64,000 nucleotides of DNA from assembly GCF_036321535.1 (NCBI RefSeq), contig NC_087438.1, forward strand, positions 13,146,001-13,210,000, in the 5' to 3' direction. Below, piece after piece: positions 25,825 through 39,035 of the stretch. This DNA is from Camelus dromedarius. Lineage: Eukaryota. The translations under genes and the position numbers were made by a program. Below the pieces are notes generated by a model. The model saw nothing but the letters and a program-made list of their open reading frames with translations, did not search any database and was not told where the DNA came from. How positions within the stretch are numbered: the first letter of the stretch is position 1; every line of letters starts with the position of its first letter.

Positions 25825-26030
25825 TGTGTTGTGAACTTCCTACTGTATCCTCTCCGGGCAGAAGGAGGCCGGGGAGCTGTGTGTGGTCTCTTTTATAAGA
25901 ACACTAATCTCACTCATGAGGGCTCCATGCACATAACTGAACTCCCAAGGACCTTACCTCCTAATACCAGCAAACCATTAGGATTTCAACATATGAATTT
26001 TGGGTGATACAAACATTTAGACCATAGTAA
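25825..26030 (-). mobile_element. MLT1A/B-like MaLR LTR fragment
   Basis: tcttttataagaacactaatctcactcatgagggctcc...ggatttcaacatatgaattttggg...aaacatttagaccatag. Confidence 0.85.
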
Positions 26031-26177
26031 ATGCTATTCAACAAAATATGCAACATCTGTTCTCTGCTTCTTGAGTGATGTCTTCCTTTGGGTTGACCAT
26101 TTTAAAATATACTTACCAATTTATTTCATTCTTGAAAGCAGAAATAGATTTCTATTCATGAATTTGCCTGGCATTTA

Positions 26178-27770
26178 ACCATTCATCATTTATTTATTGG
26201 GTACCTGTCATGTTGGACTAGGACTCTGCATGGGAGAGAAAATATTCCGGGTAGGGAGGACTATAAATAAATTCTTATAAATCACCAGGTAGTGATAGAT
26301 AATATCAAAAAAATACAATAGGGCATAGACATGTGTGCCCTCGATGGGAAGACTGTTCCTGTTTATGTAGGCTGGTCAGGGAAAGCCTCTCTTATAAGAT
26401 GAATTTAGCAGAGACATAAAGTCAGGAATAAGTAAACCACAAGGACTTCTTGAGAAAGAAAATTTCAGGAGGCAAAAACCACTCGTTCAAAGGTCTTCTG
26501 TTAAGAGATTACTTGGCCATTATGGCTGCAGCAGAGTGGGCTGTGGGCAGATTTGAATGGCATGAGGTGTAAGAGATCATAGAGTGGTAGCAGATAAAAA
26601 TAAGACTTTTGGGGTCATTTGAAGGACATTGTGTCTTAATCCCAGAAGAAATCACTGAAGAGTTCATTGTGGAAAGAATATGAGCCAACATGTTTTAAAT
26701 CAGCCATTCTGGCTGCTGTATTGATGACACAATATAGAAGAGCTCATGTGAAAACACAGGGAGAAATATTTGCAGTTATATAGGACAGGTGCGTTAGAGG
26801 CTTGTCCTGGGGTGGCAGCATTGAAGGTGCTGGGACCTGTCAAGGAATGATTGGCTTCTGGATATATTCTGAAGGTATACATCATACATTTTTGATATAC
26901 TGCATACAGGTTGGCAGATTAATTTAGGAAGCAAAGCTTATTTTAAGGATTTGTAGACTGGCAGCATCATATGCTCTGAGGGAAAATATTGTGAAATTAC
27001 TGATTTTGGAAGGAAAGCAGTACTGTTATATGTATAAAGTGTGAAGATGTCTATTAGTTCTGAAACCTATTAAGGAGTTGAGTCTGTAAATCAGAATAGA
27101 GTTGACTGAAGAAAATAGAGAGATGATTTTGAAAGTCATAGAGTGGATCGTAAGTAGAGATGAGAAGGGGGCTAAAGACTATGCCCTGGGGCATTCCTGT
27201 GTTGAGAATTTGGAGAGGTGAAGAGATACCATGAAACAAGAATGGGGACCCTTGTCCACTGAGGGGAGAATAGAACCAAGAGAGTGTGTCATTCTAGGAG
27301 TCCAGTGAAAATAATTCTTTCTAGAAGGAAGCACTAAACCATTGGTTCTGAAACTGCTGATAACTTCAATAAAATAGGTATTGAGAACTGAACATTAGTT
27401 TTAATGTGGAGATTATTGGTGAGGTTAACAGAGGCAGTTTTGGTATTCTGATGGAGCAAAACCTGATTTAAGTGAATTTAAGAAAACATAGAAAGAGAGG
27501 AAATGTATACAACAGTTACGTAGAACTATTGTGAGATTTGATTGTAAGTGGGAAAGAAAAATGGTGTGGTAGTATCAGATGGTAGAGTCAGAAAGATTTT
27601 TTTCTTAATATATGATAGTAAAACATGTTTGAAATGCTAATATGACCAATTTGGTTGAGTGAGAAAAACTGATGAGGCTAAAGAGAGAAGCTAATTGCTG
27701 GAGCAATGCACTGGGGGAGAGAGATTGCGTCCCATGCACATCTAGAGCAAATGACCTTTGACCAGAGTAG
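26178..27770 (-). mobile_element. Long L2 fragment (antisense)
   Basis: cattcatcatttatttattgggtacctgtcatg, ggtcagggaaagcctctc, ttctggatatattctgaaggta, ttgagaactgaacattagtttta. Confidence 0.85.
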
Positions 27771-30700
27771 GATGCATTGGGTTTGGAGTCCATCACCTCT
27801 TACTGAATATTTTTAGCATCCACCTTTCAGATTTGGTGCTTAAGGGCTGATTACTCTAACTCCAATTGTTTTCCAGTGAACTAGCAGTCCAGAGAGTGAG
27901 AGCTGGAATTATGGATACTTGCATCCAAATGGATTCATTTTCTATACCCTTGATGAAGCTTCTGTGCCTAGGAGCCACCATCAGTGTCCATATTTCTCTT
28001 TGGAGGTGCTCATATACTGTGTTTTATTTTACATGTCCTATATGGCCTGGTGTGGTTGCCAGGTCTGTCAGTACATTAAGAGCTTCATTTCTAAATCTTG
28101 TGGCCCCTACACCTTTAACACACTTAGTTTCTGTGTATTCTGTTTGAAGTAGATCAATGTCAATAGATCCAAAGATCCACTCTTGTCCTCAAGACCTTGA
28201 ACCTCTGAATAAAAGAGATGGTGGGCTCTTACTGATCACTGAATGAAGAGCTACTGAGCTACTGTATTTTCTCTTCCTCAGGGCACCATGTTTACTACAG
28301 GTTAACTTCTCCATTTTCTTGTGTTTTATATATCTTTTGACATACATGTGTCATACTTTTCAGACTGATTTCTTCTCTGCCGACCTTTTTATTCCTCTGG
28401 TCATTTAAAGTGGAATCAGGAAGAGTTGGAGGAGATCATGGGATTATGATCCTTGGGTGATGTCTTTATTTTCTAGGAATTCCAAAGTATGGCTTTTGAA
28501 GTTTAAATAAATCTCAACCTTAAATGATTTCTCATGACTGATAAAAATAAAACCTTGCACAATTTGACGCCTGTGCAGTTTCAGATCCTTCTCTCTCATT
28601 TGTATTTCTATAAACTCTGGGTTCTAGTAAAGCTATTCTTTTCCTCTTGAAGTAAATAAGACAAATCTTATTTCCTCAAATGTCTACCATTTATTTTATA
28701 CAAACAATTCTGCTGAATTGCCAGGCTCATTTATTTTTATAAATGTGATCAGGCAATTTTGTCTCGATCTCTGAATCTGTAGTTAATCTTTCCTCCCTCA
28801 TGTTCCATTACTCAGATTAGGATGAAAGTTAGGGTGTTTGTGGCTTGTATGGTTCCACTTCATTGTGTGCACATATGTTCATACTGAAAGGACTATAGGC
28901 ATAGAGCTTATTTATTACTTAGGTGAATTTCTGTCACTTCCTTGTAACACTCTCAAGCTAAACATCTCACTATAAGTTTTATTTTTCTTCTAACCTTTTT
29001 TTTGGGGTAAAGATTAGTGAATATTTCTTGTTTAATTTTTTTCCACCCCAAAATACTTAGCCCTCAGTCTAACAAAGAGGAAGAATTTCATCAATGTTTG
29101 TTGAATGAGACTTCTGGATATTTTGTTTTAACCTGAGTTAAAGGTTACAGTGGTAAGAACACAAGAAATTCTGGGTGGTACAAAACATCCAGAATTTGAG
29201 CAGGAAATACAGATGCAAACAAATAGTTCTTTGGATAGTATTAGGTCATCAGGTTCTAACAGGAAAAGTAGTCACGTTTTCAGTGAGAATATCACCAATT
29301 GTTCTGAGTCTCATATTTGTTGTTTTCCTAGACCACAGTTCTGCTCAGTTTATTTAGCAGCAGTTTATCGTAATTCTAATAAATATATACTCATGATGAA
29401 AATATTCAATAAAATTTAAATAAATTAACAAGTTGTGTTTTATAACACTCAAGCAATGCATCTAACTGTGCAAAGCATTTTGCCTGCTTGACATAATCAT
29501 CTTTTTTCTTTTTTTATGCAAATGAGATCACAAAGTGCATCAAAGCCACCAACAATTAATTCCTACAAGACCACAGGGACTTCTGAGGTTGCCCACCGGC
29601 AGATTTTTGTACAATGATTCCCCTCTTTGAAAGAATATTGATTTTCCTCAAGATTCTTTACAATCTTAACAGAAAATAAGCTATTAGTTTAGGAAAATAG
29701 GAATTACATTCTTGGATAATTTGTGGGTATGGGATTAGTTCTATGAAAGGAGAAAAATCAATGCTACAAATCTATTATCTTTATTTAGAGAGACAAAGAA
29801 ATCCTTCAATCAATAGTTGTTAGTTTTTCATCTCTGCTTTGTTACTACTGTGACGTCTTTATAAAACCCACTGCCTTTTCACTCACGGCATCAACTGCTC
29901 TTTATTAGACGACAGTGTTTTACGGATGCTGTAAGTTAATTGTGTCAATGTTTGAACTTAAGAACTATAATTAATACAATGCTTTGACTTCCCCGTAGGC
30001 ACAGGTGTTCCTGGTTATAAAAACGAAATGCTGTGATTAGTTTTATGACTGAGAAGCAAACTTCGTAACAATGAAATGCTCAGAAACTCTGAATAGAATG
30101 ACAATTACTCTGTGAAAAATGTAACTTTTAATATAGCAGGAGAGAGGAAGAAAACACTGCTGTAATGATTATTGTATCCAATATTTGACACAAGTTGCAT
30201 TTGAATCGAATTTAGGTAGATTCAAGAATATTAAAGGAAAAAGTATCTTTAAAAGCTTACTTCACAGTAATATGGGGGAAAAAGTGAATTCACTGAACAA
30301 TATACCATCCAAAATGGAAAAAAAAAGTTAAACAATTGTGCAAATTATTTTTTAATTTGGATGACAGTGGTTAGTTCATACTCTCCTACACATAGGATCT
30401 CAATGGAATTTTAAACGTTTCTACTCATAAAATTCAGAAAACCAGTGTCTCTCTAAAGAATGAATGTGATTTCAATACCAGAAGAAATAACATACAAAAT
30501 AGATTTTGTAAAAATACAGTCTCCACTTAAAATTATTTCCATCTATCAAAAGGAGCTAGAAAAATTTTCAAGAGGTTTTTGGTTTGATTATTTGATTTTG
30601 TTGTTGTTGTTGTTGCTTTTTTGTTTGTGGTGGTAGTGGGTAAGATGGAGTCATTTTTCTTCCTTATTTTTTTCTTCATCTCTCTATGTTTAACTTAAAA

Positions 30701-32855
30701 ACAAAAATCACATACACGAAAGATTTGGACAACAAAAATAAAACCTTTATTCCAGTGATAAGCTACAAATCAAAAATGCTATGTTCAAAAACTAACGTAC
30801 AAGAAGTTTCTTGGTTTGTATCTGAAGTTCTGTAGGCCAAAGACTGTTTATTATGATTACTTTCTCTCTCTTTTTTTTTTTTTTTTTAGCTGACAGAGAG
30901 CTGATTGGCTCACATTATTTTTCCTCCACCTACACTTAAATTCTGAATCTGGTCAGGGAGGCACTGCACATTTTCTGTAACACCCTGCTGGTAATTGAAG
31001 AACTGAAGCATGCTGCACCTGAGCGAAGAGCCCCGGAGCCTTGAGCCAGCTCTCAGCATCCCGCCTTGGCTGGGTGAATTGTCCCTCTATTTGGAAGCTG
31101 TATTTCAAAGATTGTGCCTCGGATGTAGGGAGTTTCTGATCAAAGACAAATGGAGCATCCTAAAGGAAAAAGGCATACCCAGTGTACCATTTACTGTAAC
31201 AGATTTCCAGCCTTTTTCTCTGAGTATTTTTCAGGAAATAGCAGATCCTCAAAAAAAAAATACCATATGAAGTAAGTAATAATGAGAATGAAGGTAGCAT
31301 GGGAACTTGAAGGATAATGCTAATATTTAATAACATATTAACTGGAAAAATTTTAAAAAGCAGGAAATAAGACACTAAACTAAGTACTATGAAATCGAGT
31401 AGAAAAAAAAATTGAACAAATATATTTTGGAGATCATCACAAGGAAATTACTAAAATAAGATATCTAAAATTGAATCTTAAAAAGAGTATTTGTCTCTAA
31501 GAACCAAAACTAAAGTCCAGGAGTCTTTCAAAGGGGGAAAGTACTCATCCAGAGGAGGCACTAAATTCCCCTGTCCTCAACTTTCATGTCTACTACTTCC
31601 TGAATTCTCTACTTCTCTGACTCTCTCTCCCTCAGACTCTTTGGATCCAGAGAATGTTCTTACACTTTAGTTTTTGTTTTTTTTTTTCTCCTGAGTCTGC
31701 AAGGTCAATCTTTAAAGTATGGGTTAGATATACAATATAATTATCGAGTTTTGATTTGCGGATTTTTCCTGTTGTGCAGTAAACTACAACCCCCTAGGCA
31801 CCTGTTTTTCTGCTCCCCTTAGTTACCACTGGCTGAGCATCTTTGGGAATCTGTGCAGTAAATGGCCTTGCAGGAGCTTATTTCTTTCAAGGCATCCTGA
31901 GATATCTTAATGTTGAAATATGATTGTTTCACACAAAATGCGGTTTGCAGTGTATTAGCTTTTGAAGAATATTTTATTGCAAAACTGAAGTGTGATTATA
32001 GCTGCTGTTTTAGCCAAGAGTGCTTTTGTTTAAACCGCCTGCTGCCCTGGTCCCTGGATGATACATATTTATACAGTGTTCTGTAAACTTTAAGAAAAGA
32101 GCAGTATTTTCATGAAATACATTTAACCAGGCTTTGTTGCTTCTGGGAAGGAAATTAGGGCATCATTTGTGATTCTCTTCACATGAAAGCAGAAAGTGCA
32201 AAGGATAATCTTTGTTTGATATGGAGTATGATAATAATTGTTTTCCGAAACCAAAGTGTTTGAATCTGCTAAGAGACTCTTGAAAAATGGGAATAAATAT
32301 GTTAATGTTTGTAGAAACAGCTTGTACTTTAATAAAAAAAAAGAAATTCTTAAAAATGTTATAAACTTGCTTTTGAAAAAGAAACCCTGAATAACTTACT
32401 TAGTTCAAGAGTTATTAAATATTTCCATGAAAAATTAATGGACAAATGCTTGTATACATGCATGTTGAAATTTTTATATTATAATAACAGCTAAGAGAAA
32501 ATTTTTATAACAAATCACAAAACTATTAAGATTAAGATATGGTTGTCAAATATCCTATTCTAATAGACCTGAAGAAATAATAAGTATCTCCAGGCACACA
32601 GATTCACATAAACATCATTTCACTTTTAGCAGAGGACCTAGACTACTGATGGAGGATACCTACTGGAATATATAAGGCCTCACAGCAAAAATTATATAGG
32701 GCACATTTATACATTGTTTTAATTAAATTTTTAAACTGAAAATGTGCAGCAAGCTCTCATCATATCTAAAGATGGAACCTCTACTCTGTTGTACAGATAA
32801 TGTCATTCCAGATACTTTATATATGAAGAGAGCTAGAATTTTGTAGAATCCCCCT

Positions 32856-33678
32856 TGAAAGTGAGTTTTGCACCCAATTCCAATGTGTTCAGGGTATTTC
32901 CCGCCACACCAGGAAGCCATTCTGGAACACCAGCTGCGTATCTTACAATTCAACTCAGTCTCTCACTGTCCACTTGGAGACAGCAACATCAGATCCACAG
33001 ATTAAGAACTTGGTCCTACAAGACTACCTCTATCAAGCCCTCCCCCCCCCAATTTAAATGCCAATCAAAAATCCATCTTGTCACCTATGCTTCTGACTTA
33101 CCCACTATAGATTGGAGGTTCCATCAACCTCCTTGGGTTTGGTTAATTTGCTAGAGCAGCTCATGATCTCAGAGAAACATTGTATATACTAGGTCACCAG
33201 TTTATTATAAAAGGGTATAATTCAGGAATAGCCAGATGGAAGAGCTGCATAGGGAAAGGAAGGGGGAAACAGCACAGGGCTTCCAGGCCCTCACCCCAAA
33301 TCTCCAGGTGCTCACTAATCCAGAAGCTCTCCAAGCCCCACCCTTTTGGATTTTTTTAATGGAGGCTGCATTACATAGGCATGATCAATTAAATAATTGT
33401 CAGTGATTGAACTCAATCTCCAGCCCCTCTCCTCTCCCTGAAGGTCAAGTGATGGGACCAAAAGTTTCAACCCCCCTAAACACCTGATTGGCTCCACTGG
33501 CAACTATCCCCAACCCTAGGTTACTGAGGGGCTTTCCAAAAGTCACCTCATTATTATACAAAACACACTTTATAGCTCTTATCACTTAGGAAATTCCAAG
33601 GTTTTAGGAATTCTGCACTAGAAATGAGGACAAAGACCTCATTTCTTATATATATTTCTTATAAATCATAATATCACA
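32856..33678 (-). mobile_element. MER21-like LTR
   Basis: acaccagctgcgtatcttacaattcaactcag...atcagatccacagattaag...ggtttggttaatttgctagagcagctca...aaatcataatatcaca. Confidence 0.82.
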
Positions 33679-33754
33679 ACATATTATGAGTTTGTGTAAT
33701 ACTTACTTATGATAAGACTGATGCTATGCATATTTGACAAAATACTTTAAAGTT

Positions 33755-34195
33755 TTATTGCATCATAATAGAGGATACAGAATATAAATGTATCTTATTA
33801 CTGGTAATGTTAACCTTGATCAGTTGGTTAACATTGGGTCTTCCAGGATTCGCCACTATTACCATTTTTTTCCCTTTCCATACTTTATTTTTCAGCAATG
33901 AGTCACTAATTACTGTCCATACTCAACCTGAGAGTTGGGAGATAAAACTTCACCTCTTCGAGAAGTCCAAGAATTTGGGGGTATATGATTAAACAATCAT
34001 AGAAATTAATAAGTATTTGGGGGAGACACTTTGTGCATATAAAAATCTCCTTTTTCTCCTTAAAGTTTCACTACTAATCTTAGTATACTTCGGTTGATCT
34101 TGTCTGCAGCAACTTTCTTGACTGTTCTAATGTTAATTTTCTATTTCTCTCATCCCTTCTGTGTTTTAAAATTGGATTTTCTCTGTAAGAACATG
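33755..34195 (-). mobile_element. Old L1MC/MD 3' UTR fragment
   Basis: ttattactggtaatgttaaccttgatcagttggttaa, ttaataagtatttgggggagacactttg. Confidence 0.7.
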
Positions 34196-34699
34196 CAAAT
34201 GAAATCTCCTGCCCTTTTGTAGCTTGTATTATTCCATTATACAGTCCTCTCCCTACCTCAAAATTGTCACCTACAGAATCCCCTGTATTCTCACTTATCC
34301 AAGAATAATTTGAATGCTGTCTTCTTGTCCACTCCTATTTCTGTCAAAGCTGTTAGAGATTCAGAGTCTACTGTTTGATCCACTTAATGCCTTGGAACCT
34401 CAATTTCCTGACTTTTTCACCCTTACTTTGTTCATTTGTTCCCAGGGTCATGCCTTAGGCTACAGGTCACCTTCAGACGACTTTAGGAATATGTCAGGTA
34501 AGATAAAATACAGAAAAATAATGTCCTAGGCCAAAGGAATTTGAGGGAACTGCGACAAACAGGAGATAACAGCCTGAAAGAATAAAATTCAAATTTCTTA
34601 TTTATTTACTGAAGCCAAACAAATCCAAGCAACTCTTCAGGTTGCTGTTATTCTTATTGTCATCAGTTTGTGCATTTTGACTGAGAACAATAACTTATG

Positions 34700-35880
34700 A
34701 AAGAAAACACTTACTTCAAATATCATATCCATCGACCTCTGCCTCTTGTTTTTTCAGTCTCCTCGCTCTTGTACTCTTACAGGTAGAACTACTGAACTTC
34801 AGTGAGGCTTCCTATCTACTCATTACCCTGATCCCACTAACCACACACTCCTTCTAAACTCACCTCTTTGTCTAGTTTAGACCCCGCGGTCCATTTCTAA
34901 ATTGCATTCTTCGAAATATGAATAATCCCTGCGTTTCTCTCTCCATCTCCGATAACTGGGGACACTTCAGTGCCAGTTGAACGCAAGTATCTATTCTTTT
35001 TTCTATGTGACCTGAAAGAACAGAATGTTCACACTAGCTCTGCTTTAAGTTGAACTGCACAAACCCCAAATAATGGTACCTCATCCTGGCCATTTTCAGT
35101 TGGATGGCCTACTAGGTTATGCTTTGATTTTCCTGGGATAGCAGAATTGAATTTCTCCTCCTCAAGCCTCCTACTCCTGGATCCAACTGTGTGGAAGTTC
35201 CCTTCACCTTACTTCCTGTAAAACATTCTCCCTGATTTTGTCAAGACTTTGACTCTTTCCATTAGGGCTTCTTTCCACTAACATTATCAATTTCCTATTC
35301 TACCATGTAATTTCTCATCACTTTTTCCAACCTTCTTTTCTCTGTGCATTACTTTCCCTACTAAGGGCATCACAAAAAGCCTTGTTGGTCAACACCAAAG
35401 TCTAGGAATCATAAACAATTATGATCATTCTGTAATATCCCAAATCCAATCTCAGTAAGTTCTGTAAAATTATTCCAACATATTTTGTGTATAGTCAAGA
35501 TCTCAGCGCTTACACTGTTACCCACCTAGTTCAAGACAACATCATCTCTCAGAGAACTACAATGCTGGTTATTGATAGGCTGAGACTCACATAAAACACC
35601 ATGATTTTCATCTCAGATTAAATATTAGTTCACTAATAAAAGTTTTCAAAACTCTTCCAGCTAAAGCAACCTCTATCCTCTACCATAGGAGTTGTCTATC
35701 GTGTTAAGATGTCTTATTTTCCTGTATGAGCACTTTTAAATTTAAATTATTTATTATTTACAAATACATTGCTCTTGCTACCTCTTTAAAATATGCTCTG
35801 TGATGTCAGAGACTTGCCATCAAGGAAGCCTTAAAACCTGGAGTAAATTAGTAGAAAAATTAATAAATACGTTAATCTCA
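34700..35880 (+). mobile_element. Degenerate L2 fragments
   Basis: Pyrimidine-rich L2-like text, e.g. cccacctagttcaagacaacatcatctctc and ctctgtgatgtcagagac...taataaatacgtt. Confidence 0.55.
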
Positions 35881-35949
35881 TTAACATGAAAGCATGCCAG
35901 ATAACAGTCAGCCCCATGAAGTGGAAAAAAAAAAAATTAACAATCAGAG

Positions 35950-36365
35950 CGCTCCCTGTCTTTTGACAAATGACTTAAAATTAGACAAAAAATGCAGATC
36001 TGGCCAATAGAACATGAGGGGAAAGTCTATCCTGGAATGTCTTGGAAAAGTTACTTGCTTTCCTAAAAGAGACTCAAGAGAGGCATGGCTCTATGTGGAG
36101 GTGACGTACTTCGAGGGGTCCCAGTTCAGCTGCAGATACAGGGAGAGTGGTTCACCTGCTGAGGTTTTCTGGACAGAGAGCTGTAAAGAATTCAAGTCTC
36201 TGATGTTTGATCCACTATTTACCGCTCTGTAGACATCTTCCTTCTGGGATTCCTGTGTTATAGTAATGTCTCCTTTAACACTCAAACTTTTAAAAAGTTT
36301 TCTTTGTGTTAAATTTTTATAGCTGGCTTTTCTGTTACCAGCAGCCCAAAGCATCATAACAAATA
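35950..36365 (+). mobile_element. Old MaLR (MLT1J/K-like) LTR
   Basis: gcagatctggccaatagaacatgaggggaaagtc ... ggcttttctgttaccagcagcccaaagcatcataacaaata. Confidence 0.65.
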
Positions 36366-37469
36366 TAAACTTTTTTTTCTTTTTGCTCCCTTTCACAGCA
36401 AAGCTCTTCCAAAATTTACACTCTTTTGTTATGCTAATACCTCACTTTTAGTTCACTTTTCAACCCACCACAATCTGGTTTCCCTCCTTACTACACCAGA
36501 AGGGAAGTCTACATATTACATGGTCATCAATGACCTCTATGTTACCAGTTTCAGGAAAGAATATTGTATTCCCATTACATCGTAAATATCAGAAGACAGC
36601 ATAAATGTGTATCTTCCCTTTGTTTGAATTCTTGATTCCTTTGATAATCAGTGAGCCCCCCTTTTTAGAGTTGGATCATTTAAATGTTTTGCTTATAGGC
36701 AAAGTATTAAAATTACTTCTTTCTTGTGTATTTTTTCTTTGCAGTGTAACTCTTGCATAATGTCCAAGAAATACGCTAAACAGATCAGAATTTCCTACCG
36801 TATCTCTTCCCAGATGCTAATCCAGCATGCAATACCCTTTCCACATCACTCCTTAAAGTGTGCTTATTACCTAATTTTTTAATTAGAGATATTATGGGTA
36901 GCATTAGTTTGCTGGGTATTTCAAATCACTAGCATATAATTATACAGCTGCATTTAAAATTAAATAATATGCATATGAATAAGTTTTGATTTATCATTTT
37001 AGAATCTCTTAATATCTTTAAATTAACATCAAACTAAGATAATCCAGGATTAAAACTCAATACTGCAAATCATGTGTGTGTGTTTGTGTGCATGCCAATG
37101 TTCCAGTTCACATAATTTATAACCAGAAAAATTGTTGGACTAAATTTTGGTATATGGAAGTTGTGAACACTTGAATTTAAATTTTGCCAAGGTGATAGTT
37201 ATAAATGTTAAGAATCATAGTTTTTAAATGTGTCCCTGTGTCTATGCTTATAGCAGAGCAAGGTGGTGGCTCTTAAAGATCTTTTTTGTTGTACTGAAAG
37301 ACATTGGCATCTTTTTTTGATACATTGTACTGAGGTTTTTTCCAGTATGTTTTACCTAAGAATATATGGCAGAATATATATTCTTAAAAACATACTCAGT
37401 GACTTCTACTTTATGAACCTGTGTAAGAAATATATTGATAATGTGGAGATTCATTAAGAAAAACAAAAT

Positions 37470-39035
37470 AAACTTCCTGATTCTCACCCAACATGTAAAG
37501 AGCTCGAAAGTCATCATCCCGTCCAAACAACAGTAAGAAGTGAGACAAACTGGAAGTCAGCAAGTTTTTTCACACCTGTCACAGAACTGAGGTCACAGGA
37601 TAAATAGCTGGCCCCCAGATTGGAGTGACAGGCAGGCAGATACAGAGATTCACAATTTACCTGAGCAGAAACCCATGAGGAGAAACCTCTGTGAGAACCA
37701 ATCTCCTGGGGTCAGAAAAGCTAATCTGTATTTGTAGGACTGCTGTAGACTCACTGAAGAAGTCTGAGAGGTAAAACTCTCATAGGGGCCACTCTTAGGA
37801 GGAGTTCCCCACAGTTGTGTCCGTTTTACCTCGAGGAGCCTTACCAGGTTTTTGCAGTAAAGATCAGAGGGAAGCTCCCTCAAGTTTGCATCACGGAGCG
37901 GGAAAAGCCAGGGCGTTCTGCTCTTCTTAGTAGGCATGCCCTCAACAGAACCCATTTTACTAGTTCCTGAACTAAAGGGTTTTACCAGAACCTGATCAGC
38001 CTGGGAAAGGGGAAATACCCAGCTCCAGCCTCTTCTAGTCATCCTACCCCACTGAAGGCTGACAAGCATTTGTGAAGTTCACAGCACGGGGGTGCAGGCT
38101 CACAGAACTGAGACCCAACCACAGGACGACAGAAGGCCTCTCCTCCCAGCAGACCATACGACACTAGAGGCCTATTTACCAGAGGTCCTTTTACCCAGTA
38201 CATCGTGTGTAGCTATCAAGAAAAAATAACAAGGCATATTAAAATATAAAAAAAAAAACCTCCCATAATTTGAAGAGAGAGAGCAAGCATCAGAACCATA
38301 TTTAGAAATGGCAGTGATGTTGGAATTATCCAACCAGGAATTTAAAATAACCACATTTAATATGCTAAGGGCTATAATGAAAAAAGTAGACAACACGGAA
38401 GAACATACGTTCAATGTATGTGGAGAAATGGAAATTCTAAGATAAAGTCAAAAAGAAATGGTAGAAATGAAAAACACTGTAATAGGTGGGACACTGCTGA
38501 GGAAAGAATCTGAATTTGATTGTAGGTAAATAGAAACTTCCAAACAAAAATGTAAAGAGAAAAAAACTGAAAAACAAACAAAACCCCCAGAATATCCAAG
38601 AAAGGTGGGACAACTACAAACAGTGGAACACATGCATAACACTGTTACCAGAAGGAGACGAAGGATAAATGAAGCAATGTTTGAAGTGATAATAACTGAG
38701 CATCTCCAAAAATTAAGGGCATCAATAAAAAGACAGAGATAGTCATAGCAGATTAAAAAAAAAAAAAATAGACCAAGATACACGTTGTCTACAAGAAATC
38801 TACTTTAAATATAAAAACACATGTGTATTAAGAGTAGGTGGGTGAAGGAGGATAAACCATGCTAACATTAATTAAAAGAAAGCTGGAATAGCTACACTAA
38901 TCACAGACAGAGCCGACTTCAGATCAGGAGAACTATTGGGGAAAGATGGCGTTGCATAATGAGGTAGGGGTCAGTTCTCCAAGAACACACAGCAATCCAA
39001 ACGTGTACGTGCCTAAAACAGAGTCAAATACGTAT
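37470..39035 (+). mobile_element. Old L1M 5' UTR/ORF1/ORF2-start fragment with deletions
   Basis: GC-richer 5' UTR-like part, then ORF1-like gtgatgttggaattatccaaccaggaatttaaaataacc, then EN-like gttgtctacaagaaatctactttaaatataaa and aagaaagctggaatagctacactaatcacagaca. Confidence 0.82.
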
